From positions 9,746 to 73,745 of the forward strand of contig JAUCBJ010008854.1 of NCBI GenBank assembly GCA_032718475.1: a DNA stretch of 64,000 nucleotides, read 5' to 3'. The stretch's first letter is position 1. Every line of letters starts with the position of its first letter. A model generated the notes under the pieces. The model was not told the DNA's origin. It worked only from the letters and a program-made list of their open reading frames with translations, and ran no database searches. Source of the stretch: Nemertoderma westbladi (taxonomy: Eukaryota > Animalia > Xenacoelomorpha). Below are positions 1 through 12,200 of this stretch, one piece after another. A program made the translations under genes and the position numbers.

Positions 1-785
1 CATTAACTTTAGGATATGCGCACTGAGAGAATTGTTCGAAGAGACGGGTTTACTCCTCGCTATCCCTAAAGGAAACCTCCGTAACTCCGTAGCCAACCAT
101 CCGAACGGAAACTCGGCTGTTTCGCCCCGGATACCCCCCGCCGAACTCTGCCGTTGGCGTCGCCAAGTAACGAATGACCCAGCCGGTTTCCCAGCACTCT
201 TTATCAACTACAATCTACTTCCAGATATTCATTCCCTTTACGAATGGACCAACTTAGTTACTCCGAAAGCAGCCCCCGTAGCGAAGTTGCGTCGCTACGA
301 CACCATGGTATACATCGTATTTATGGACGAGCACTGTGACGTCATTCCCTCGTTATACCCACATGAATCAGTCAACTTACAATGGTTGACCCCGGAGAAA
401 ACAGTGGAGGAATTTATTAATGGTATGCCAGTTGTTAAAACTCACAAATATTCCCGAATTTCACAAAGTTCGAACTTACGCCGTGGCTCGCTCCCGTTTA
501 GGCTGCGAGCGTTGGTGTCCGATTATAATCAGCCGCCCGGACTGGCCCCAGAGCGTGATGATTTTCAATGGGGACGAGTTATACCCTTCCGATGGGTCTG
601 GCGTCATTGATGATGCCTTCATCGCCACGGCAACATGGGAGCAGGGTACTGCAACCAACCGTATGTTGGATGTTCAGTTCCGACCACCCACACGTAATCG
701 CGTTTTACTATGTAATTACAATCCATGTTTCGGGTATTTAAAACCCAATTTCCGTCTTCTAAAATTCATCATTTCTAATTTATAA
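1..785 (+). pseudogene. NUDT19: NUDT19-like peroxisomal acyl-CoA diphosphatase (Nudix), 5'-partial, frameshifted
   Basis: Frame from nt 2 reads INFRICALRELFEETGLLL (Nudix box, NUDT19 type), then WRRQV..PDIHSLYEW..TP..RRYDT..QWLTP. The C-terminal half (ERWCP..GDELY, ending SNL, PTS1-like) is in another frame (ORF 420-785). The expected LPPPQFYE-type segment is missing at the ~nt 420-425 junction. AATAAA at ~795. Confidence 0.8.
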
Positions 786-949
786 TAATCTCAAATAAAA
801 TGTACACTGAACTGTCACACATTAATATTGCTGCCGCGGTGTATCTCCGTAATTAGAAGTTGTACGTTATCTTTAATTAAATTTATCAAAAATTACCCAA
901 TATATAAAGGTAAACTCATATAAAAAAAATTATACAATTCCGCTACAAG

Positions 950-1995
950 GGGAATTCGCCCGGGGGAATCCTTCACCCGGGGGAATCCTTCGCCCGGGGG
1001 AATCCTTCGCCCGGGGGAATCCTTCGCCCGGGGGAATCCTTCGCCTGGGGGAATCCTTCGCCCGGGGGAATCCTTCGCCCAGGGGAATCCTGCGCCCGGG
1101 GGAATCCTTCGCCCGGGGGAATCCTTCACCCGGGGGAATCCTTCGCCCGGGGGAATCCTTCGCCCGGGGGAATCCTTCGCCAGGGGGAATCCTTCGCCCG
1201 GGGGAATCCTTCGCCCGGGGGAATCCTTCGCCCGGGGGAATCCTTCGCCCGGGGGAATCCTTCGCCCGGGGGAATCCTTCGCCCGGGGGAATCCTTCGCC
1301 CGGAGGAATCCTTCGCCTGGGGGAATCCTTCGCCCGGGGGAATCCTTCGCCCGGGTGAATCCTTCGCCCGGAGGAATCCTTCGCCCGGAGGAATCCTTCG
1401 CCCGGAGGAATCCTTCGCCCGGAGGAATCCTTCGCCCGGAGGAATCCTTCGCCCGGAGGAATCCTTTGCCCGGGGGAATCCTTCGCCCGGGGGAATCCTG
1501 CACCCGGGGGAATCCTTCGCCCAGGGGAATCCTTCGCCCGGGGGAATCCTTCGCCTGGGGGAATCCTTCGCCCAGGGGAATCCTTCGCCCAGGGAATCCT
1601 TCGCCCGGGGGAATCCTTCGCCCAGGGGAATCCTTCGCCCGGGGGAATCCTTCGCCCAGAGGAATCCTTCGCCCGGGGGAATCCTTCGCCCGGGGGAATC
1701 CTTCGCCCGGGGGAATCCTTCGCCCGGGGGAATCCTTCGCCCGGGGGAATCCTTCGCCCGGGGGAATCCTTCGCCCGGGGGAATCCTTCGCCCGGGGGAA
1801 TCCTTCGCTCGGGGAATCCTTCGCCCGGGTGAATCCTTCGCCCAGAGGAATCCTTCGCCCGGGGGAATCCTTCGCCCGGAGGAATCCTTCGCCCGGGGGA
1901 ATCCTTCGCCCAGGGAATCCTTCGCCCAGGGAATCCTTCGCCCAGGGAATCCTTCGCCCGCAAGGCAATCTTCGCCCGCGAGCATCCTTCGCCCA
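950..1995. repeat. 17-bp tandem array (GAATCCTTCGCCCGGGG)n, ~60 copies
   Basis: Unit read directly. Inverted degenerate GGGCGAAG copies at ~2137-2235 suggest it is internal or subterminal to a non-autonomous DNA transposon. Confidence 0.95.
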
Positions 1996-2260
1996 ATAAA
2001 ATTTGTGTTAGTGACCATTTTAGTAACATAGGCGGCTTTTTTTAAACCAAAACAATAAACGATGGTGTTACTAATTGAGGGAAAGGAGCAGGTCACAGAG
2101 ACGGTTTTTTTCTAACCAAAACAATAATTGTTTATTGGGCGAAGGTTGCTCGTGGGTGAAGGTTTCCGCCGGGCGATAGTTGCTCATTTTGAGGGCGAAG
2201 ATTGGACGCGGGCGAAGCTTTCTCGTGGGCGAAGTTTGCTGCGTAACAGTAAAAGTGTCC

Positions 2261-2918
2261 GAGTCTGTACTCCCACATATTCCCATAGGCGATATCGCCT
2301 TTGCTGAAGTGAAGGCTGCTGCAAAGAGCATTAAGACCAATCGTGCCAGTGGAGTAGATGGTGTTCCCCCCGAGGTCTTTTAAATTCCTGAGTGTTTAAA
2401 GCTCATCATAGTAGGCATGTACAGAACAACGAGAGTCCCGCAAGAAATGAAAACAAATAAGTTGGTGCCAGTTCCCAAGAAGGGCAACCTAACACTCTAT
2501 GGTTCTTTTCGGGCAATCTCATTGATCTCGATTGCTGCAAAGCTATACAATAGAATTCTATTAAATCGCATCAGGGATCCCATTGAAAGACTGCTACGTG
2601 GAAATCAGAATGGGTTCCGTAAAGGTTAGTGGGACCAAGGACAACTAAGGTTATGGAGGACCTGTCTGTTTAACTTTATTGACTTCTTCAAGGCCTTTGA
2701 TTCAGTCACTCGCTCACGTATGTTCAGCATACTTTCATTATATGGGATTCCTGATGAAATTATTGCAGCAATCAGATCAGTATACGATGGTTCGACAACA
2801 TTTGTGTCTACTGTTGACGGTGACAGAGAACCATTAGAAGTGTTATGGGGAGTCCTCCAGGGAGACACAGTTGCACCATTCTCATTCATAATTGTGGTTG
2901 ACTATGTTCTACGCATGG
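2261..2918 (+). mobile_element. RTE-like non-LTR retrotransposon RT fragment (5' part, split by the LTR element)
   Basis: Broken RT frames: ASGVDGVPPE, PVPKKGNL..FRAISL, QNGFRKG, DFFKAFDS, GVLQGDT. Nearly the same sequence as 47490-49152 (-). Confidence 0.9.
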
Positions 2919-4120
2919 TGTAAAAGCTTTTGCTGAATTGCCCGGTTATTTTTCCTTATTTTTCCCGTAAAATACTCTGTAGTTGGTTTAATAGGCGTAA
3001 GAGGCCGTATTATTGCTGTATCGGTGTTTTTAGAGGATCTAAGAGCTATTTCTTCCGTATGTGTACTGTGGAAGGCATAGTTGATGATTCTATGGCAATT
3101 CCGTGACGCAAAAGGGGATAGCTACTCTTGAACAGTAGTTACTATGACGACGGTTAACAGATGATATTCATACGTGTCGATTTTCTTTGTTCTACGGCAT
3201 CTCTCAGTTCAGTCAACCAATCAGAGCGTTTTTACTGTTCTTGTATAGAAATTTCCTAGAAATCACGCAATGCTGTATGGGCAGTGTTGACATTCTGTCC
3301 TGAGCCAGGAGAGAGCGGCTTTGGAATATTTTGTGCTTTTCTGCTTTAGCCTAACACTAGTAGGCTTAATTATAAGGGCATATATCCGTTATCACACTTA
3401 ATATCTCACTGGTTATCACTGGTTAACTGGCCCATACTGTGCAACTTAACTTAACAGTACTGCTCTGCTGTCGGTTATTCATTATATTTGTTGATGAATT
3501 ATTATATTTGGAATAACGAGAAATAACCCCGAAACCCAATATTATTGATATACCGAAGGTAAGAGAGAAAGGTTACATATAACGATTGCGACTTATGTTA
3601 AAGTGGTTTGAAGTGAATCTAATGTTATTTGATAGACCCTACATGAGTCGGTCTGTGTTCCTTTTATATGTGACTAAAATCAGTGAAGATCGGCAGATTA
3701 GTGTGCAGTATTGTGCAGCATTGTGTATGAGTGAGACTGATAACGAAGCATTTCCTAAAGAATGCGCCATATATGTGAATTGTAACTAAGCCATATCGTT
3801 GTGAGTAGTTTAAGTCATAACTCTGTTTATATAGATAGAGCGCCACGTCCTAAAGGAACTGTTAATATTCCCCGAAGGTGAATAATATTGTCAGAGATTA
3901 TATAATGCTGTCAGTCGAATAATACATTAGGCTTACATAGCAATACGATTAAGCCCTCGAAGTCAATCTCCCGGGTATATCCAACGGGTGAATGATCGCG
4001 CACAGATTGGTTTCAACTAGTGTAGTGAATCAAATACTTGTTAGAGGCTAAAGCGATTTATTATCTAGAAGACATCCTAATTTGGCGGGTTAAACTGCCA
4101 AAGGTCTGAAAGCGCGAACA
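2919..4120 (+). repeat. 5' LTR (1202 bp)
   Basis: TGTAAAAGC...GCGCGAACA. Differs from the 3' LTR by about 6 substitutions and one 1-bp indel (hand comparison). Confidence 0.97.
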
Positions 4121-4399
4121 ATAACGGATATAGCTTCTGTATTGCAGTAGGCAATAAAGCTGAAGTACCGGCAACCGGTACCCAGTAGGCCTGACTACCT
4201 AACCACCCGGACCGGTACCTACAGCAGTACAGGTACAGCAGTATTATTCGATTTTGATAATTATATACCGGTAGGCCTTAATAATTAATCAGGGACTGCA
4301 GCCTTGGTTTTTTATTGAGATTTTTACTTATTTCTGTCAAGTTTTATTTGTTTGTAGGCCAGTATTGAACAGAAGGCGTGTAAGCCTGATCAGATTGTA

Positions 4400-4975
4400 C
4401 AGACAATTTGTAGGCTGAGCTGTTGTCTGATTGCTGTTAAGTCTGAACGGATTGCAGTGTGTGTAGATCACCTGTCCGATAAAGAACGGTTAGGAAGTAG
4501 GGGCAGCCAAAGCTGTAAGGTAAACCCCCAACTAAAGAATAAGTCGTACTACTGGGTTAGAACGCATACTACCTAATCATTTCGGAGTCTGCATGTCCTG
4601 TAGTTTATTTAGGCTTGAGAGTAGTCTGCCATCGTTTAGTCTGTACTTTGTTTGTGTAGTCTGTACAGGTAGCGTATAATATTTATTTAGATAATTTGTA
4701 GGCTGGATAGTTGTCTGGCTGTTATTAGGTCTGAAGGATTGCAGTGTGTGTAGATCACCTGTCCGATAAAGAACGGTTAGGAAGTAGGGGCAGCCAAAGC
4801 TGTAAGGTAAACCCCCATCTAAAGAATAAGTCGTACTACTGGGTTAGAACACATACTACCTAATCATTTCGGAGTCTGCATGTCCTGTAGTTTATTTAGG
4901 CTTGATAGTAGTCTGTCAGTATTTGGTCTGCATTTTGTTTGAGTAGTTTGTACGCGTAGCGTAATATTTATTATT
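4400..4975 (+). repeat. Tandem ~288-bp duplication in the BEL 5' UTR
   Basis: GATTGCAGTGTGTGTAGATCACC...GGAGTCTGCATGTCC occurs at ~4450 and ~4737. Confidence 0.9.
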
Positions 4976-6291
4976 CAGAGTTTATGCGATTATTCGCAAC
5001 ATTCATTCCCCAAGTTTGTTCCTACAATAATTGTGTTTGTTATACATACCGCTATAGTTAAATTAACCCCGGTACTACACGGGCTGCTTGGCGTAGGTAA
5101 AGACTGGTGATTTTGTGCACCGGTCACTCCAGCAGATGCCGTGGTTCTTTTAGCTGTTCAAGTATATTTAACTACTGATTATCTGTTGTACAAGTACTCG
5201 TACCTAATTTAGGGTTTAGTGTACAGTGCTTTCCGAAAGTAATTAGTGTAGGCATTATATTTGTGTTGTAAAGTGGTTGATAGGCACGTTCGATTAGCTC
5301 TATTAACTTCTAGGTAGGAACACTCCGTGATACATAACGTAGTACCTATAGCGATACGGCTATAGGTCGTCAGGCGGTGGTATTTTCCTATCTGGACAAC
5401 GCAGTGTATTTACTACTACTTATTATTTTCAAATACCGTAGTACCCTGTCCGTTGTAATAACCAGATTTCTAACCCTTTGTTAGGCTGGTTTGTAGACTT
5501 CTTGTAAAATTACCCTGAAAATTCGTATTTTGTGTTTTTGTAAATTTTTGTGTTTATTTAGAGATTGTAATCTCACCCGAATTGTACGTAATTTGTAGTA
5601 TTAAGTAACTTAGGTAAATTAGAATTATTTGTTTTAGTGTCCTATAAGTAACACTTCACTGAAAGCGCACCGCTTTGTGTAGTGATTACTCCCCAGAAAT
5701 AATAACATTTATTTCAAACATAGACAAAACCCATTAAAACGGGTATATATATATTATAAATCAAATCTAACGATTTATAAATAGTAGGCCTACCATACAA
5801 CCATTAGGTCTCAATATCAGTTGGATTACTGCTCAAATAATGGTAATAAAGTAAGTAAAGTAACCAAGTAACCCTAAAATTCAGAAATTCAATTATTTAA
5901 AATAATTGATATACCGGTATTTACGATAGGCCTATTATCTTTATTTCTATAAATTTAGGCTGAAATTATACCGGTACTTGTAATTAATTCTAGTCCAGAA
6001 TTATATATACTACAAACTGTAAGCTGTATACCGGTATTCTCGATAGGCCTATTATATATTTATATATATTTGTGCTAAAATTATACCGGTATTCTGTGAT
6101 AAACCTAGTCTGTAATAATACTTATATAGTTATATATGCTATAAGCATACCGGTATCCTAATATATTATATATATCACGCTACACTGAGTAGCAGTATCG
6201 GTAATTAATTACTAGGCTAGCAGTTAATACTGAGTTACTAGACTTGCTCAGACTGTAATATAGCAGTAGGCATTCAACTGTACACATAAAC

Positions 6292-9200
6292 ATGTCTGAT
6301 ACTAAGCAGAACCTGTCGGACAGTTTATTAGATGTAACTATCTGCGACTCAGATAGAGGCGTAGAACCGTCTAGTCGTAAGTTCAGTTCACCTCCCACTG
6401 TGAGGAAGGTCATCCCTCCTGTAGTAATAACAGAACCTAGGCTGGTCCAACATCGTAGGTCTATCATAGGCACTCGAGCTCAGGTCAAGCGGGACCAAGA
6501 AGCAGCAGAACAGCAACCACCCGCGAGCCAAGAACTTATTTCTCAGCGGCCCGACAGCTCCAGTAGTGAAGATACTGTAGAACTGACACCCGAGCGCGGA
6601 GCAAGGATGACGGATGCGGTTTATTCGGATCCCCTTCTCATCCTTCCTGCAGCCGTACTCACTAGGCTATTGATCGCGGTGGAAGAACACCAGATCGATT
6701 GGGCGAGAAGTAAGCGCTCAACTAAAGATAGTTATGCGGGATACACAAGGGAAGAACTGAAGTCCATGGTCGAGTCGCAATGGAACTTCCCCGGACCCGG
6801 ACTCCCGTTTGATTTATCAGAAGCTGCCTGGGAAGACATACACCGGATGGGAGTAGCCAAGGAAACCATCGATCCAGCTGTGTGGAAGAGGTCCGCAGCC
6901 GGATACGCACAGGGATTCTTCAGCTCTATGGAGCGAGTAGAAAAACAACTGTTACAACAACCTCAAGGACCTCAAGAGCAGGGACAACTGCTTTATCAAG
7001 TTAGAGAAAGAATTCTGCGAATCAGGCTAATATTATCGGCCTTTGAGGAGGCTTCTAAACGAAGGCAAGACACGTCGTTGCAAGTTGCCGTAAAGACTTG
7101 GTTTCAACGGGTGAGTCGCCAGGTTCAAGGAACAGCTCAGTGGAAAGCTCAGCTGGAGGAGCTCTCAACCCATGGAGAATCAACAGACGCTACTTTTTCC
7201 CAAGTGGAAAGTGAAGCGACGGCAGAGAAGCCGCATAAGAGGGATGCCATTGACATCTATCTGTCAGACTATCAACGTTTTTTAGGTGATGAAGAGTTGA
7301 GGAGAAGGTTAGATGGACTTAGCCCTAATAGTGAAGGAACTCAGCGTGTGTTGGATGCCATCGATGTGGAAATGAGGGCTGCGAACCAGGCTAAATTTGA
7401 TGAACAACTCCGCATCACAAGAGTCCAAGAAGAACAAGTAAAGAAAAAACGTATAGAAGACAGAAAGGCAGCGGCAGTAGCAGCAGCAGTGGCATCTGCA
7501 GAAGTAGAAAGAAAAGAGGCAGCGGCAGCGGCAGAGGCAAAAGCGGCAGAAGCAGAAAGAAAGGCGGCAATGGCAGCGGCCAAAGCGGAAAGAAAGGCGG
7601 CAGAGGCAGTGGCAGAAGCAGAACGGAAAGCGGCTGAAGAAACCACCCAATTAGAATTGGAAAATATTCAGGAGAATCAAGACTGCATAAATAAACAGTT
7701 AACAGCTAGTAATATGCAGATGATGAATCGATCTACTCCCAAAAGACAGGGATATACATCATCTGAGGAAGGCGATACCACCGATACTGAAGGCAAAGGA
7801 AATAGATCTCGTCTAAGCAGACGTAGAAGAACATCCCACCGTCATAAATTGCCTGATTTGCCTCCAGCTGTTAGAAGGCAACTAAATAACACCAACTTAG
7901 GTAGTACAGAACCCGTAGACCAGGTGGTTAAAATAGAAAGACTCCCTACTATAGTAGATGAGCCTGAAATAATTAGGCCTGTTCTTGAAATCACCCCTTC
8001 GGTGATAGACACACCTGTGCTCCCTGAAGTTACCTCTAAATTCCCTCTGCACAGCACTAAGCTACCTGTGCCCAGTAGAACAGCCCATGAGACAGTTCAG
8101 GTCCTGGACCCCGAGCGAAATATTCATGATTTGTCGCCCGTTGTCCCTCGTCCGCCCGCTACAACGTTGGCGACTCCCGCTTCTGCGGTCGAATGGGTGG
8201 ACGAGAGACGGCGGGGGATGGATCTCCTGCTCGGGCAGATGCAGGAGACTGTTCAGCAATTCAAGGGCACAGTAAGGGAAAGTAGGCTAGAGTTGCAAGA
8301 AGTGCAGCAAAGTATCGCGCTAGAACGCGATAAATTAGTAAATACACAAAGGGGTATACCACCACCCTTGGTAACAATGTGTCAACCTGTTAGGTCTGAA
8401 GTATCTCATGCGCAAGGTGTGGAGCCTACACGCATATATACTGCTAGCGAAGTAGAAACTCCTATAGTGAACCCTATTAAGGGTAATTATAGACCTGTTG
8501 ATAATGACATTCCCTATAGACCTGATCATAATCCGAGAAATTTATATACCGATAACTCGATATTAAATAACACGATGGCCCAAGAAAGTTTTACGCGTCA
8601 AATGGCTAGAACCGAAGCCCGGCAAGCGGTGAAGGTGGGAGAGATCGTCAAGTTCAATGGAGATGAGATGAAATGGTTACCTTTTAATGAATATTACAAA
8701 GATAACATACAGAACTCTGTACTATCTAATGGAGAGAAACTTAGATTCCTCATCGAGTGCTTGGAAGGATCTCCCAAGTTAATGGCGTTAAAGTTTATTG
8801 GACATCCAGACGGATTAAGACAAGTTTGGGATACACTAAACATCAGCTATGGTAATAGGAATAACATAGCTGGGTATTTGTATGCAAAGTTGGTAGCGCC
8901 CCGAAAGTTTATTAGCAACGGGATTATAGAGTTTTCCGATGAAATTCAGGAGATCTGCAGACAATTAGATTGGCTAGGTAAGTCTCATGAGTATCAGAGT
9001 GCTATGGTTATTAGAGCAGTGGCCTCTACTTTACCGAAGGGTGGAGTAGGTACACGCTGGGACAAGAAAGTGTTATACATGATGGAACAACAACAACGAG
9101 ACCCTACCATGACTGATCTCATGACATTCTTGGATGGCGAAGTGAAATTACAGCTCATAAAGCAGTCCAGAGAGAAGACATCGGAAAACAAGGTAAGTGA

Positions 9201-12200
9201 GAAACCCGTCTCCAGAAGAAAGGTAACACCAGTGTGTTATACCGACGACGGCGAAAGCCAAGCTTCCCAAGAGGAGGACAGCGGGAAAGACACTGAAAGA
9301 TCTTATTATGTCAATAAAACACCTAACGAACAGGGAAGTAAATTTAAGTCTCGATCCAATGACAAGAGAGAACAGGTAAGAAAAACTCCTCCTACGTCTC
9401 CCAAGAGAATTCAGGTGAGAAAGCCCGAAGAAAGAACGAGAGTGCACCATGTTACCCAAAATAAGGTAAGTAACATCAAACCGAAATGTGCGCTATGTGA
9501 CGGGACCCACCGTTTGAATATGTGTGATGAATTCCTGAAGAAATCATTAACGGAGAGACGAGAAGTCATGTGGGATAAGCGGTTATGTTATAATTGCCTC
9601 AGACAAGGACACCAACGGCGAACCTGTTACTCAGACATAAGGTGTGCAAAGTGTGGTGCGAAACATCATATCTTGTTGCACGCTGAATTCGATCGAAATA
9701 GTCCGAATCAGGTAAGTGATTCCGAACTACATGTCCAATTCAGTGATGTGAACGACACTGATCAATCTGAGATGGAAGGATTCTATACGGACGAGTTCTC
9801 CGACGAAAACAAATCCTGTTACATGATAAATACCGCAGTGTATCGAGCACTCACATATGAAAAAGATACAGACAGCGACCTCACTCTAACTACTTCTGAT
9901 CGACAACCATCTTGGAAAGAGCCATCTTCCAATGTAGGGATCCGAGAGTTTCCTGTGGTGCAAGTAAGGGTTCACGGACCTAAAAGGAGTTATGTAGTGA
10001 ACGCCCTCCTTGACTCCGGTAGTACAGGAACATTCATCGACAAAGAGCTAGCCGAAGACATATTTGCTGGACAACCCAAGTTCCGAACTAAGCTAAACAT
10101 GTCAGGCATTATGCAAGTTTGGAAATCTACAGTAACAGCTGATTATTATGTAGGCGCGTTGTCCACCCCACAGGACGAACTAGGAGAACATAGCATAAGG
10201 TCAGTGAAAATGGTGGCTATAAAGAACTTCGCTACTACTCAAGCAGACCTTTATAATTGGGACGAGGATGAGAGCATCCAACATCTTAAGATACCTCGAT
10301 TCCAGACTGATTATCCTGGAGTGCAAATACTCATCGGCCAAAACGCGCATGAGGCGCTGGAGACATTAGAGAAACGGCCTGCTCAACCACAGCCACTACA
10401 GACCTATGCGGTAAGAACTAGAGTAGGTTGGTACTTTACTGGCCCTTCCCGTAGAACACTCAGAGAAAGACTACCGCAAGAGCTCGTCTGCCAGGTGAGT
10501 GAATGGGAAGATGATACTAGTGAGGGAGACGATTTAACTGAGGGAACTCCATACTCCTCAGATAACGACGACATTCACCAGCTTTTTGATGAGGAGAATA
10601 CCATCGATCTCCTTAAGGAAAACGAGGCTTGGCAAAACCAAGTGAACTTATGTCAACTTCTTTATCCATCTGAACGAGAAGCTTATAACGACGAGTTAAA
10701 TGACGTCATTGAGCGTTGTAATGCCAAGACTCGAGATGAACATGCCGTACGATTCTTTACGCAAGAGGCGGTAGAGCCCAATTCCTACGATAAAGCCTTA
10801 TCGGTGGAAGAGGAAAGGGCCAAGCAGATCCAAGAGACAACTACACGTTTCCTCAAAGATCAAGGTAGGTATGAAGTCGGTCTACCTTTCCGCAAGAGAG
10901 AACCGAAGTTCATCAATAACAGACCCTTGGCGGAAAAAAGAATCGCGCAACTCCATCGACGCCTTACGGCCAATTCTTCAGCCAAAGAAATGTATCAAAC
11001 ACAGCTGAAGAAATTTATTAGTAAGGGATACGCGGAGAGAGTACCGGAAGAAACACCTGTGACTGAAAGAACGTATTACTTAACTCACCATTACGTTCCT
11101 AAACCCGGTAAGCCACATGAAGTGAGAGTAGTGTTTGATGGCTCCGCTCTTTACATGGGTCAATCCCTTAACTCTGAATTGTTACCCGGACCCAACTTAC
11201 TTCAATCTTTGTTGGGAATTCTTTTAAGATTGAGACAATATTCGATTGCTTTCGCCTCCGATATAGAAGGCATGTTCTTACAAGTCAAGGTGTTAGATAG
11301 GGATCGAGATAGTCTACGATTTCTGTGGTGGCCCGAAGGAGACCTCAACCAGAAACCGGTGGAGTACTGGATGACCATCCAGGCCTTTGGGATAATCTCA
11401 AGCCCTTCCAACGCCTGTTCGGTAGTGCGTACCACTGCAGAGGACAACCGAGAGGCCTTCTCTAAGGAAGTGATCGACAACATCAAGCGGGACATATACA
11501 TGGATGATAATCTGAAGTCTCTCCCATCAGTTGAAGAAGCCATCGAGGTCGCTAAAGGAACGGTAGAGTGCTTAAAAAGAGGTGGGTTTCGATTAACGAA
11601 ATTCACCAGCAACTCCCGTGAGTTTCTGGAGTCGATCCCTGCGGAAGATCGAGGGGCGAAAGATCTAGATTTGATCAAAGATGATCTGCCAGAAACCAAG
11701 ACACTCGGCTTGAAATGGGACACAGAGCGAGATATCCTGTTTTTCCAGCTAAAACAGCGAGATAATCCAGTTCGAACCAAACGGATTTGCTTAAGTATAC
11801 TGAGCACTTATTTCGATCCATTGGGATTTATTAGCCCAGTTATATTGATTGCTCGTAGTTTGGTACAACAAATGTGGCTTGAAAACCACTCATGGGACGA
11901 TCCACTTAAGGGAGAATTATTAAAGAAGTGGATGAAATGGGAAGATTCTCTGCCGGCTATCGAGGATTTTATAATTTCCCGTTCATATTTTGGTCATGTT
12001 CTCCCTACGTATTCCTATCAACTCCATGTGTTTGGAGACGCCAGCGATATGGGAATAGGTATAGTAGCCTATCTAAGAGTGGAAACTCCGGATGGAATCA
12101 AAGTCGCCTTGGTTACTTCTAAGGCATTAATCAACAACAAGTTGAAAGTTCCTCGAGCGGAGTTAAAAGCGGCTCTATACGCTACAGCCATCGGCCGGAA

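Noticed and set aside
893-2096. Long ORFs over the 17-bp array (GRRIPPGEGFPRAKDSP repeats)
   Set aside because: Artefact of a stop-free tandem repeat; the same peptide appears in all three frames.
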